A program made the translations under genes and the position numbers. A DNA stretch of 64,000 nt. Source: a virus. The stretch spans positions 1 through 64,000 of the IMG/VR virus record IMGVR_UViG_3300026549_000005, one strand, 5' to 3'. The notes beneath the pieces were generated by a model. It had not been told where the DNA came from, ran no database searches, and saw only the letters and a program-made list of their open reading frames with translations. This document shows positions 28,655 to 36,936 of this stretch, one piece after another; the first letter of the stretch is position 1; the number at the start of each line of letters is the position of its first letter.

Positions 28655-29341
28655 CTATTTGCTAATCCAACTTGAACTTCTTGTTGTTTTTCGTGTATAT
28701 GTTTTTCCATTGTATGTAAAAGATAGCGATTTATTATCTATTGCTTCTTTTATTGCAGATGTCAAATCTCTTGATTCTTTTGATTTATTATTAGCATCAC
28801 TTTTTTGTTTTGCTTTAATAATTAAATCAGATTTCATTCCACGAATTTTTGAAACTTTTTCTTGTGCTTTTTCAGAGCCAGAGACACGTTTTGCAACACC
28901 TGCAACAGTCTGTGAGATATTAGATGCCTGTGCTTTAAGTGCCTGTGTATTTAAGTCTTTCAAATCTTTTATATATTGAGATTTTTCTGATGAAGATATA
29001 TTTAGGGAATTTATCTGACTGATTTCTCTTTCAAATTCTCTTTTTATCGCATCTCCTGCTTCATACATATAACTTGTATTATTTGCTTTTCTTATTAACT
29101 CTGTATCAAGTCCATATTCCTTCATTCTCGCTTGAATCTGTTTCACTGCTTCATTGATGACAGGAATATCTTTGTTAGTAATTTCAATACTCGCATTATT
29201 GGATATTGTCTTTAAGAGATTTTTTGCTTCTGTAACATTTGTAGCATTATGAAAAAGAGAACTGTTTCCTCCACCAATACTTCCGCCAACACCAATTGAT
29301 GAACCCGTTTTCTGCAATGGACTTGTTCTACTTTTACCCAC
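28655..29341 (-). CDS. hypothetical protein (228 aa, GTG start, Gly-rich N-terminus)
   Basis: ORF track. GGAGG SD. Flanked by the 34-bp direct repeats. Confidence 0.6.
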   Translation of the reverse strand: MGKSRTSPLQKTGSSIGVGGSIGGGNSSLFHNATNVTEAKNLLKTISNNASIEITNKDIPVINEAVKQIQARMKEYGLDTELIRKANNTSYMYEAGDAIKREFEREISQINSLNISSSEKSQYIKDLKDLNTQALKAQASNISQTVAGVAKRVSGSEKAQEKVSKIRGMKSDLIIKAKQKSDANNKSKESRDLTSAIKEAIDNKSLSFTYNGKTYTRKTTRSSSWISK

Positions 29342-29356
29342 GATTTACCTCCATTA

Positions 29357-29390
29357 TGTAACAGCCTACAACGGTCACTCGGTTTTGTCA
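29357..29390. repeat. 34-bp direct repeat, copy 1 (includes the last codons and stop of the portal gene)
   Basis: TGTAACAGCCTACAACGGTCACTCGGTTTTGTCA. Confidence 0.75.
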
Positions 29391-30922
29391 ACCTTTTCCT
29401 GCTCACCCTTTTCTTCAGGTTCTTCAGGCTCGAATTCACCGCCATTTTCAATGTTTGTTCTTTCAGCAAAATTGAACAATTCATTCTGCTGATTTTCTTT
29501 CTGCTCTTCCTTGATTCTTTCTTCTTCCATATCCACATCTTGAACAACGGGATTAAACTCAAGCAGGGTTCTTTTTGAAACACCCGTTTGTCCGAGTTTT
29601 ACTGTATCTTCAATTTGTGCTGATTGATTAATCATCATAGAGCGGTCAAGTTCAACACGCACATTATATAATTGTGCCTCTGCAAAACTACCCTTGTGTG
29701 AAAATTCATACCACTTATCAAAGAAGTATTTCAAATCATCAATAAAATCCTGAAAGTGCCTTTCCAATCCATCCATGTAAGTATCAAGATTCTGATAAAG
29801 TGATTTAATAACCAACTGATTAGGATTACCACCAAATCTTGAATCTTCATAATCGATTCCATAACCAAATTTAATTATATCCCGCCTTAAACTTTCCATT
29901 TTCTGCAAGTGTGCCTGAATTGCAGTTTGTGCCTGAATATAGTGTGCATCACCATCAGTATCAAGCGACACTGTACGGGTCATTTTTGCAAGTTCCCTTG
30001 CCTCAAGCAAATCCCTAACATCAGGTGAAACACCCTTAATAATCAGCAGAGGGTCGAGGTCGTCAACCAAGCCATCAACTGATTTACTGCTTAATTCATC
30101 ATAAGCATCAATTTCAGGCTTAATGAATGAAAGCAGGGTCTTTTCATCATCCGTACCCTTAAAACAGATAAAAGGTATTTTATCCCAACTTAATTTTTCA
30201 TCACCCTGAGTTAAATGGGAATGCACAAAATTACCTTCTTCATCTTTTGTTACCGCCTCTTCAGTGTAACTATTGGAAACATTAAAAAGAATTCTTTCTT
30301 TATCATCCCAATATTCTGCATATTCTTTAGTTGTTGGATTTATTGATTCGTAAACATTTACAAAATAGTGATAAACCAATTTATTCAAATCAGTGTGCCG
30401 TCTATCTTTCCATTCAGGATAAATATATTGTGCAGGAACTTCAGTTAGTTTTAATTTGCCATCTTCATCAATCCAAACATAGCACCAAGTTAAACCGTGA
30501 TTTACTGCCTGCCCTGCAATGTTTCTTGACATTTTAAATAAAATATCATCACAAAATGCTTTCCATTCCTTGCCATATCCATCTTCTTTAAGGTCAACTT
30601 CCTGCTCTTTATCGGTTGAAAGTTTGATAATAAATGATTTTGCAAATCCATAATCCTGCTTTTGTTCAACAAGCATTCTTAAAAAGTTAGATGCAATCTT
30701 AGCATTATAAGCATTCGGATTATCAATAGCCTTTCTGTCTTTATCATAATAAACACGGCTTTTCTTGTTTATCTCTTCATTTTCCGTTTCAAAATATTTA
30801 TCAGCCTCATTCATTTGGGCAATCTTAGGGTTTCCCTTGTTTTTTGAAACAATGATTTGTGTTATTTCTTTAGGGGATAAAGTTTTTGAAAACACCACAT
30901 TTTCAATCTTCTGCTCTTCCAT
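29375..30922 (-). CDS. portal protein (SPP1 gp6-like)
   Basis: 515 aa, between terL and the MuF-like gene, with an acidic C-terminus. Confidence 0.85.
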   Translation of the reverse strand: MEEQKIENVVFSKTLSPKEITQIIVSKNKGNPKIAQMNEADKYFETENEEINKKSRVYYDKDRKAIDNPNAYNAKIASNFLRMLVEQKQDYGFAKSFIIKLSTDKEQEVDLKEDGYGKEWKAFCDDILFKMSRNIAGQAVNHGLTWCYVWIDEDGKLKLTEVPAQYIYPEWKDRRHTDLNKLVYHYFVNVYESINPTTKEYAEYWDDKERILFNVSNSYTEEAVTKDEEGNFVHSHLTQGDEKLSWDKIPFICFKGTDDEKTLLSFIKPEIDAYDELSSKSVDGLVDDLDPLLIIKGVSPDVRDLLEARELAKMTRTVSLDTDGDAHYIQAQTAIQAHLQKMESLRRDIIKFGYGIDYEDSRFGGNPNQLVIKSLYQNLDTYMDGLERHFQDFIDDLKYFFDKWYEFSHKGSFAEAQLYNVRVELDRSMMINQSAQIEDTVKLGQTGVSKRTLLEFNPVVQDVDMEEERIKEEQKENQQNELFNFAERTNIENGGEFEPEEPEEKGEQEKVDKTE

Positions 30923-31067
30923 CTTCAGCTCCTTTATTTATTTTATTTGCAATTTCCTGCAATTGTTCATCAGTTAATTTTTCGTTTTTATCTGCATCAA
31001 GAATGAAAGTATCATTATCTTTATAAATAACAATATTTCCATTTTTTGTTCTTGTTATCCTTTCCAT
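30903..31067 (-). CDS. small ORF (54 aa) between terL and portal
   Basis: My own translation: MERITRTKNGNIVIYKDNDTFILDADKNEKLTDEQLQEIANKINKGAEDGRAED. Below the track size cut-off. Confidence 0.4.
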   Translation of the reverse strand: MERITRTKNGNIVIYKDNDTFILDADKNEKLTDEQLQEIANKINKGAEDGRAED

Positions 31068-31102
31068 ATCTAACCCCATTATATATAAATGATTTAATTT
31101 TA

Positions 31103-32395
31103 CTACACTTGTATTCCAAATCGTGGTAATGTTTCCGTCGCATAACGTAAGGCATCCATTCCGTGGGAAAAGTCATGTTCAGGCTCGTTCATTATTTTAT
31201 CAGTCATTCTATCTTTTTTCCAAGCGTAATTGCTCAATTCCTCGATTATGTGGACGCATCTAGGGTGAACTATAATTTCATAATCCTGCAACCGCTGAAT
31301 ACCTCCAAGAACGCTACCAGCACCTTTTTTACACCCCCTTATTCCCTGCAAACCCAATAATTTTAATTCATTTATTGTACGAGGGTCTTCGCTATCAGCA
31401 TAAATTGAACTTTTTCCAAATCCTGCGGTTATTACTGTATTTGCTATCTTCTGATTGCTCATTGTCGTTTCGCAAAATTCATAATAAATATAAATTTTAT
31501 AATTCTTTTTATCGGCATAAGAAGCAACAAAAAAAGTAGGGTCTGCCGAATAGCCAAAATCCATACCATTGCAGGAAACAAAACTGGGTAATCCCCTTTT
31601 ATCCTTTTCATTTGCGTGTTTCTGCAAAATTTCATCAATATCAAATTCCTCAACTTTCCAATTGGTATAAATAAGACCTTCAGCAATACCCCATTCACCC
31701 AAGCCTTCAATCTTGTATCTTCTAGGGTTTCTTTCTTTCATTATTTCATAGATTCTTTTATCCTGCTCTGAAAGAAATTCATTCATCATGTAATTGGTTG
31801 TCATTGCAAGGGTGTTTTCATCAGGCTTATCAAAGAAACGCTTTTTAATCCAACTTTTGTCACTCCACGGGTTAAATGTAAGAATGAATTGATGGTATAA
31901 AACATCAGGCAACTTTCCACGAATACTTAAATCAAGTTTATTAAAATCATCTTCCCTTGTGATTTGGAATGCCTCTTCAATCCACACCCAACACAAATAT
32001 CCATCTGCAACCGTGATAGATGTTAAACTTTGTGCATCATCAAGACCACCAAAAATAAATTGTTGCCCGCTAGGCAGGAAAGTCAATGTATGTTCTGATT
32101 TTGGAATCTTCCACCAACCAGCAACGCCTAATTTATTTATTGCCCATATCAATTGTGCTCTTGTGGAATTCCAATTGGTGTTCATATATCTTCTGATAAC
32201 AAGTGTATAAGGTTTCAACCCGTATCTGAAGAAATAGTACATTGTATTATAAACAAGTTTTAATGCAGTTGTTGCTGATTTTTTAGAGCCACGACCTCCC
32301 TTACATGCAAGATAGCGTTTCTTGCTGAAAAGGAAATCATCATAATTTTCACCAACCGCCTCCTGCAAGTCAATCTTTTGTTGTATTACGTTCAT
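31103..32395 (-). CDS. terL: terminase large subunit (PBSX/Terminase_3-like)
   Basis: Walker A KGGRGSKKS, Walker B WVWIEEA, C-terminal nuclease ADSEDPR. Confidence 0.9.
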   Translation of the reverse strand: MNVIQQKIDLQEAVGENYDDFLFSKKRYLACKGGRGSKKSATTALKLVYNTMYYFFRYGLKPYTLVIRRYMNTNWNSTRAQLIWAINKLGVAGWWKIPKSEHTLTFLPSGQQFIFGGLDDAQSLTSITVADGYLCWVWIEEAFQITREDDFNKLDLSIRGKLPDVLYHQFILTFNPWSDKSWIKKRFFDKPDENTLAMTTNYMMNEFLSEQDKRIYEIMKERNPRRYKIEGLGEWGIAEGLIYTNWKVEEFDIDEILQKHANEKDKRGLPSFVSCNGMDFGYSADPTFFVASYADKKNYKIYIYYEFCETTMSNQKIANTVITAGFGKSSIYADSEDPRTINELKLLGLQGIRGCKKGAGSVLGGIQRLQDYEIIVHPRCVHIIEELSNYAWKKDRMTDKIMNEPEHDFSHGMDALRYATETLPRFGIQV

Positions 32396-32990
32396 CTGCT
32401 TTTTCCATATCTGTATTAAAGATTATTTCCACTTTGCTCTGATTTTCGCTTTCCTTTAAGTTTCTAAGTGCTTCATTTTTGAAATCCATTATTTCATTCA
32501 ACTGCTGAATACTACTAAGAATAGCCTCATTTACATTTTTATTACTAATATGTCTCTTGCACACCTGAATCCTCTGCCACTTCCAAGAGTCTACATCTTT
32601 CTCAATCTGCTTGAGCAACTTCTTGGCGATTCTAGGTTTTTTCATCTGCCTTTCCAGTTCTTCAATCTTTTTATCTATCAGGTCTAATTCATCATAGAAT
32701 GCCTCCTCATAACGCAAATTTTCCTTCTTATTTACGTCAAGCAGGTCGATTAGTTCACCCATTGCTTTTTCTTTATTCCACACTGCCTTATTTTTGCATT
32801 CTTCCAGTATCTCCGCTTTTCTTTTATTGAAATATACCTGCACTTCATTCTTAGCGAATAATTGGCTTGCCTGCGAATCTATCAGTGACGGTTTTTTACT
32901 TTTACTTGACGGGAATGCCCTTATGAATGCAGTTCTATGATTATACCCCTGCAATATATATTCCACATACATTTCCTGATTGTATGTCAT
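32370..32990 (-). CDS. terS: terminase small subunit
   Basis: Position. The N-terminus YILQGYNHRTAFIRAFPS...SQASQLFAKNEV is typical of Terminase_2-type small subunits. Confidence 0.65.
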   Translation of the reverse strand: MTYNQEMYVEYILQGYNHRTAFIRAFPSSKSKKPSLIDSQASQLFAKNEVQVYFNKRKAEILEECKNKAVWNKEKAMGELIDLLDVNKKENLRYEEAFYDELDLIDKKIEELERQMKKPRIAKKLLKQIEKDVDSWKWQRIQVCKRHISNKNVNEAILSSIQQLNEIMDFKNEALRNLKESENQSKVEIIFNTDMEKADERNTTKD

Positions 32991-33024
32991 AAATTATCCT
33001 CCGCATATATATTACAGTTAAAAC

Positions 33025-33066
33025 ACCATTTTTTACAAGTTTTTAACCATTTTTGCACCTTTTTAA
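33025..33066 (-). promoter_or_regulatory. two tandem ~21-nt repeats upstream of terS
   Basis: Minus strand: TTAAAAAGGTGCAAAAATGGT / TTAAAAACTTGTAAAAAATGGT. They lie between a terminator and the terS SD. Confidence 0.35.
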
Positions 33067-33080
33067 CACTATTTTTCAAT

Positions 33081-33117
33081 AAAAAAGACCGTGAATCATA
33101 GAAATTTACGGTCTTTT
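33081..33117 (-). terminator. rho-independent terminator separating the early/middle genes from the packaging genes
   Basis: AAAGACCGT ... ACGGTCTTT stem, followed on the minus strand by T6. Confidence 0.7.
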
Positions 33118-33198
33118 AACTAGTAATTTTACTCATTTCAAGGGTTTTTCAGGTGAATTTTGCCTTATTTTCCTGCTTTCATTGTATGAAAATGTGAA

Positions 33199-33402
33199 TC
33201 AGCAAAACTCTATTTTTGACGTACTCCAAGACTTAACTCTCTTTGGTTCTTTCAATGGCTTGTATACTTTTCTTGAACCAATTTGACAATCTTTTTCAGG
33301 GCTGTCATAAATTAAAGTTACATACCACCACCCAACTAAATGTGGATGCGGATTTCCTGCAATCTGTGGATATTTTACAAGTTCTGTGTACTCCCTTCTC
33401 AT
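33199..33402 (-). CDS. hypothetical protein (67 aa)
   Basis: ORF track 33199..33435, trimmed to M12. Flanked by a 19-nt direct repeat. Confidence 0.4.
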   Translation of the reverse strand: MRREYTELVKYPQIAGNPHPHLVGWWYVTLIYDSPEKDCQIGSRKVYKPLKEPKRVKSWSTSKIEFC

Positions 33403-33488
33403 ACCTTCTCTACCTCTATTTTTACTTTTATACAAACTCGTTCATTCATATTCGCTTTCTTTCTTAAAAAATTCAATATCTTCCTGCC

Positions 33489-33644
33489 TTATTTTCCTGC
33501 TTTTTCAACACCAAAATAATAGGCTATTTTATCTGAATCATCCGGGATATTATGGTCAGTTAAAGCATTTGCCATATCGCTCCAACTGTACGAACAGTCA
33601 AAACCCCTGCTTTCAATTTCATCATCAATATCAAATAATTTCAT
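33489..33644 (-). CDS. small acidic ORF (51 aa)
   Basis: My own translation: MKLFDIDDEIESRGFDCSYSWSDMANALTDHNIPDDSDKIAYYFGVEKAGK. The ATG follows the upstream stop directly. Confidence 0.4.
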   Translation of the reverse strand: MKLFDIDDEIESRGFDCSYSWSDMANALTDHNIPDDSDKIAYYFGVEKAGK

Positions 33645-33959
33645 TTATCTACCCTCATAATGCTTTTTAATTCTTTCAAAAACATTTTCTGCTGAAAGAT
33701 AGCCAACAACATCATCATTCTGCAATTCCTTATCAGTTAATAAACCCATTATTTCAAGCAAATCTTGTTCCCGACCATAAGAACCATCATGCTCAATTAC
33801 TGAACAAACTCTATCAAATGTTTCTTTTTCAACACAATCAGGGTCATTTTTCTTTGGATAGCAAAGATGATAACCACCCATATATTCACCAAATTCAAAA
33901 GGAATTTCAGCCTTTTCAAGCATTTCCTTTAATCTAAAAATTTCATTGTATTTATTCAT
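33645..33959 (-). CDS. hypothetical protein (104 aa)
   Basis: ORF track. Overlapping start and stop coupling with its neighbours. Confidence 0.6.
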   Translation of the reverse strand: MNKYNEIFRLKEMLEKAEIPFEFGEYMGGYHLCYPKKNDPDCVEKETFDRVCSVIEHDGSYGREQDLLEIMGLLTDKELQNDDVVGYLSAENVFERIKKHYEGR

Positions 33960-34138
33960 TCTTCAATCCCCATATCTTTCCTTATTTCTTTAATATTCAT
34001 ACCAATAAAAAACATTGCCCTGCCAAATTTATGCTTTTCATCAGTATCACCAACAACTGCATTTGCAAAAACCTCAATCTTATCCTGCCATTTTTTAGGA
34101 AATTTCTTATTCAGGTACAAATCAATAACATCTTTCAT
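33956..34138 (-). CDS. hypothetical protein (60 aa)
   Basis: ORF track. ATGA-type coupling. Confidence 0.5.
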   Translation of the reverse strand: MKDVIDLYLNKKFPKKWQDKIEVFANAVVGDTDEKHKFGRAMFFIGMNIKEIRKDMGIEE

Positions 34139-34314
34139 TTTACCCTCCTGATTCCATTGAAATTAGCAATAATATTTCTTTCAGTCTGAAGTGCATCAAA
34201 CTGCACCACTAAAACAACCTTATTTAAGATGTTATTATATTTATTTCTAACAACACCCCCGCCAAATACTTCATGCTCAACCTTATCACCGATTCTGTAT
34301 CTTTCACCTTTCAT
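34135..34314 (-). CDS. small protein with a G..V.H..FG.G.V motif (DUF3553/UvrD-C-terminal-like)
   Basis: ORF track 34135..34356, trimmed to M15 (AAGGAG SD). IGDKVEHEVFGGGVV. Confidence 0.5.
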   Translation of the reverse strand: MKGERYRIGDKVEHEVFGGGVVRNKYNNILNKVVLVVQFDALQTERNIIANFNGIRRVK

Positions 34315-34315
34315 T

Positions 34316-35161
34316 TCAGTTCTCCTTTGCAATTTCAGCTTCAGCATCAATACCACTAATTTCCATAAAGATTTCGTTATTCCAGTTAGGAAGTTTTAAG
34401 AGCTTTTTATGCTCTTCCTTGCTTGCTTTATTCCAAGCAATACGGAAAGCCTCTTTATAAGAAAGAGTTTTCAAAAACCCGCCATATGTTTCTATTTCCG
34501 TCTTGTGAGCTTTCTTCTCCTCCGCTGTTGCTGTGTCGTGTGAAACCCAAACAGTAAGGTTGAAATACAAGAAACTTGGAAAATAAATATCGTTGCGTGG
34601 AATATTTGTTTCTTTATTGAAAATGCGGACAAGCGGAGAATCTGTATTGAAAAATCCGCTGTTCCAATCTCCGCTGTTCCAACTTCCGCTGTTCCTATCT
34701 CCGCTGTTCCTATCTCCGCTGTTCCAATCTCCGCTGTTCCAACTTCCGCTGTTACAACTTCCGCTGTTCCTATTTCCGCTGTTCCTATCTCCGCTGTTAC
34801 AACTTCCGCTGTTCCAATCTCCGCTGTTCCAACTTCCGCTGTTACAACTTCCGCTGTTACAACTGTTATATTCGTTCAATTCCTCACGAGGAATTTCACG
34901 CAATATAGTCAGCTTGTTTGTGCCGTATTTATCCCCATCTGTAACAATATCACCCTCAGCAATTACTTCGCAAATACGGCTCTTTGAAATACAATAATCA
35001 CTGACATTTTCAATTCTACGCAACTCACGGCAGAAGTGAAAAACTGTATCACTACAAAGCCTTAAATCTTTTTTTGCTCTACCAGTTTCATAAGTCTTTC
35101 CAACTTCAAACTTAAATCCTCTGCACTGCAAATTCTCATCAAACGCTTTATATCCAATCAT
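34316..35161 (-). CDS. protein with 14 tandem NSGxx five-residue repeats between two globular domains
   Basis: NSGSC NSGSW NSGDW ... read in the track ORF. N-terminal YKAFDENLQCRGFKFEVGKTYE domain. Confidence 0.7.
   Translation of the reverse strand: MIGYKAFDENLQCRGFKFEVGKTYETGRAKKDLRLCSDTVFHFCRELRRIENVSDYCISKSRICEVIAEGDIVTDGDKYGTNKLTILREIPREELNEYNSCNSGSCNSGSWNSGDWNSGSCNSGDRNSGNRNSGSCNSGSWNSGDWNSGDRNSGDRNSGSWNSGDWNSGFFNTDSPLVRIFNKETNIPRNDIYFPSFLYFNLTVWVSHDTATAEEKKAHKTEIETYGGFLKTLSYKEAFRIAWNKASKEEHKKLLKLPNWNNEIFMEISGIDAEAEIAKEN
34655..34863. repeat. 15-nt tandem DNA repeat, about 14 units (CCGCTGTTCCAA/TC/AT/CT)
   Basis: Read directly. It encodes the NSGxx array. Confidence 0.85.
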
Positions 35162-35184
35162 ATTAAACTCCTTGCAAGGCTCTG

Positions 35185-35245
35185 CCTTACATTTATTATA
35201 TTAAATCAATTTATATAAAAAGTCAAGCACTTTATATAAATTATT
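35185..35245 (-). promoter_or_regulatory. class-1 promoter repeat (TTGACT-17-TAATAT) plus 5'UTR hairpin AAGGC/GCCTT
   Basis: Minus strand: AGTGCTTGACTTTTTATATAAATTGATTTAATATAATAAATGTAAGGCAGAGCCTTGCAAGGAG. Confidence 0.55.
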
Positions 35246-35293
35246 TTAATTTTTTATTAAACAGTGCTATTATATTTCTAGAGGTAATTATGA

Positions 35294-35671
35294 ATGAAAA
35301 AATCAAAATCTTTTTTGGCGGTTTTATTAGTGCTTGTGCTTTTATCGGGTCAATTATCTGCACAATCTTTTTCAGAAAAAACAGACGAACAACTGATTCA
35401 GACGCTAGAGCAGGAATTGAACAAGCAAGAGCAACTTGTGAATCAGCAGGCGGAACATCTACAGAACTTGCAGGAACAACTCAAGAGGCAATCAGAATTG
35501 AACAAGACCTTGCAGGAACAAATGAACAACTTACAGAATCAATTAGAACAAGCAGACAAATCATTGATGAACTCAAAAAAAGGCACACTTAAAGATAAAA
35601 TAATTATCGGTTCAATGTGCCTTTTAAGCGGTTTTGCAATAGGTTCAACTATTGTTTATATAAACAAATAA
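35294..35671 (+). CDS. signal-peptide / coiled-coil / C-terminal TM protein (moron-like, opposite orientation)
   Basis: MKKSKSFLAVLLVLVLLSGQLSAQ, a Gln-rich coiled coil, and IIIGSMCLLSGFAIGSTIVYI. Confidence 0.6.
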   Translation: MKKSKSFLAVLLVLVLLSGQLSAQSFSEKTDEQLIQTLEQELNKQEQLVNQQAEHLQNLQEQLKRQSELNKTLQEQMNNLQNQLEQADKSLMNSKKGTLKDKIIIGSMCLLSGFAIGSTIVYINK

Positions 35672-35702
35672 AAAAAGCAGGCTATATTTCAAGCCTGCCT
35701 TA
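35670..35702. terminator. bidirectional terminator-like hairpin
   Basis: A7, then GCAGGCT ... AGCCTGC. The T-run follows the stem on the minus strand. Confidence 0.5.
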
Positions 35703-35705
35703 AAA

Positions 35706-35867
35706 TCAATAACCAACATTTAATTTCAATGCTTTTTCCTTGAATCCAATACTTGCGTTTTTATAAAACGTTGCCATATTCCAATCACCTTTTTTAGCAT
35801 AATCAATTGCTTTCAAACAACATTTATCACTCTTGTTCATCAATTCTTCATAAGTTACTTCTTTCAT
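35706..35867 (-). CDS. small ORF (53 aa)
   Basis: My own translation: MKEVTYEELMNKSDKCCLKAIDYAKKGDWNMATFYKNASIGFKEKALKLNVGY. GAGGT SD. Confidence 0.45.
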   Translation of the reverse strand: MKEVTYEELMNKSDKCCLKAIDYAKKGDWNMATFYKNASIGFKEKALKLNVGY

Positions 35868-35877
35868 TTTACTACCT

Positions 35878-36063
35878 CTACTGCATTATCTGAAATTTAC
35901 ATTTATTACAAACCATATGTATATGCCCATTCAATTTGGATTTACTAATAAAAAGTTTACCGCCACATACACAAGTAACTTCTCTCTCTTCACCTAACTT
36001 TAAATCTTCAGGGATTTTTTCAAGATATGACATAAAAATATCTTCTAGTTTTTTATTTGTCAT
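35878..36063 (-). CDS. zinc-ribbon protein (61 aa)
   Basis: CVCGG...x...CNKC. Confidence 0.5.
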   Translation of the reverse strand: MTNKKLEDIFMSYLEKIPEDLKLGEEREVTCVCGGKLFISKSKLNGHIHMVCNKCKFQIMQ

Positions 36064-36143
36064 TCATCTAACCTCCAATTACTTAAAGATTTACAATACT
36101 CCCCTTGCGGGATTCCTTAAAAATCCTGCAAAACCTTTTTATT

Positions 36144-36473
36144 TTAGCAATTAAAACCTACCACTCTAGGCATTCTTGTTTCCATTCCCGTATATCTTGT
36201 AAATGTTTCAGCCAATGTATCACAATAAATACCATCAACCTTATTTACAACCTTGTAACTACCAGCACGCAATCTGCCAAATTCAACAGTGTAATCATCC
36301 ATTGCAGTCAATGTAATTCTTACAATGTTGATTGAATTGCAGTTCTTACCAATCTTAAACTGAATTGTATCAGTTTTATGGTCTACTGCAAACTGCTTTG
36401 CTCCCGTCATCATTCTAAACTGATTAAAACCACCCAACTGATTAAAAATGTCATTGATTTGATATTGTTTCAT
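36144..36473 (-). CDS. hypothetical protein (110 aa)
   Basis: ORF track 36144..36521, trimmed to M17. The upstream part of the track ORF is the conserved promoter and 5'UTR. Confidence 0.6.
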   Translation of the reverse strand: MKQYQINDIFNQLGGFNQFRMMTGAKQFAVDHKTDTIQFKIGKNCNSINIVRITLTAMDDYTVEFGRLRAGSYKVVNKVDGIYCDTLAETFTRYTGMETRMPRVVGFNC

Positions 36474-36494
36474 ACATAACTCCTTATAAGGTTT

Positions 36495-36555
36495 TCCCTT
36501 ACATTTATAAATATAAAGCATATTATATAAAATGTCAAGTAGTTTATATAAAATT
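36495..36555 (-). promoter_or_regulatory. class-1 promoter repeat (TTGACA-17-TATATT) plus 5'UTR hairpin
   Basis: Minus strand: ACTACTTGACATTTTATATAATATGCTTTATATTTATAAATGTAAGGGAAAACCTTATAAGGAG. Confidence 0.6.
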
Positions 36556-36699
36556 ATTTCTTTTTATTTTAACTTGCTTTTATTGCCCTACCCTGCTTTT
36601 CAGCATCTTCCTTTTTCTTATAAACTGTAACAACACAATCAATTGAATTATCAGGAATTTGTTTCATCAATTCCAACGCATCACCAAATCTTAAATCAA

Positions 36700-36936
36700 T
36701 CATAATTTTTCTTTTAATTCCTTTATCGTTTCTTTTGGTAAATTATCAAGTAATCTTCTTGACAATTTCACTGCACAATCCTTACAAACATACATGTTTT
36801 TATTTGGAGCACACATTCTTTTATTTGTGTATTCATTATAATTATAAACTTCAATTGCAACATATTTCCAAGCATTACCACCACAAATTGTACAATGCTC
36901 TAAATTATCAGCAATTACCCCAACATATCTAATCAT
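36700..36936 (-). CDS. zinc-binding small protein
   Basis: CTICGG ... CKDC. Confidence 0.5.
   Translation of the reverse strand: MIRYVGVIADNLEHCTICGGNAWKYVAIEVYNYNEYTNKRMCAPNKNMYVCKDCAVKLSRRLLDNLPKETIKELKEKL

Noticed and set aside
34593-34997. 134-aa plus-strand ORF (PLFQSPLFQLPLF...)
   Set aside because: It is the reverse-frame reading of the 15-nt tandem repeat that encodes the NSGxx array. The PLF strings here are a repeat artefact and are unrelated to the C-terminal PLF motif finding.
35290-35592. 100-aa plus ORF overlapping 35294..35671
   Set aside because: The other frame has a clear signal peptide, coiled coil and TM anchor and runs to the terminator, so this frame is likely spurious.
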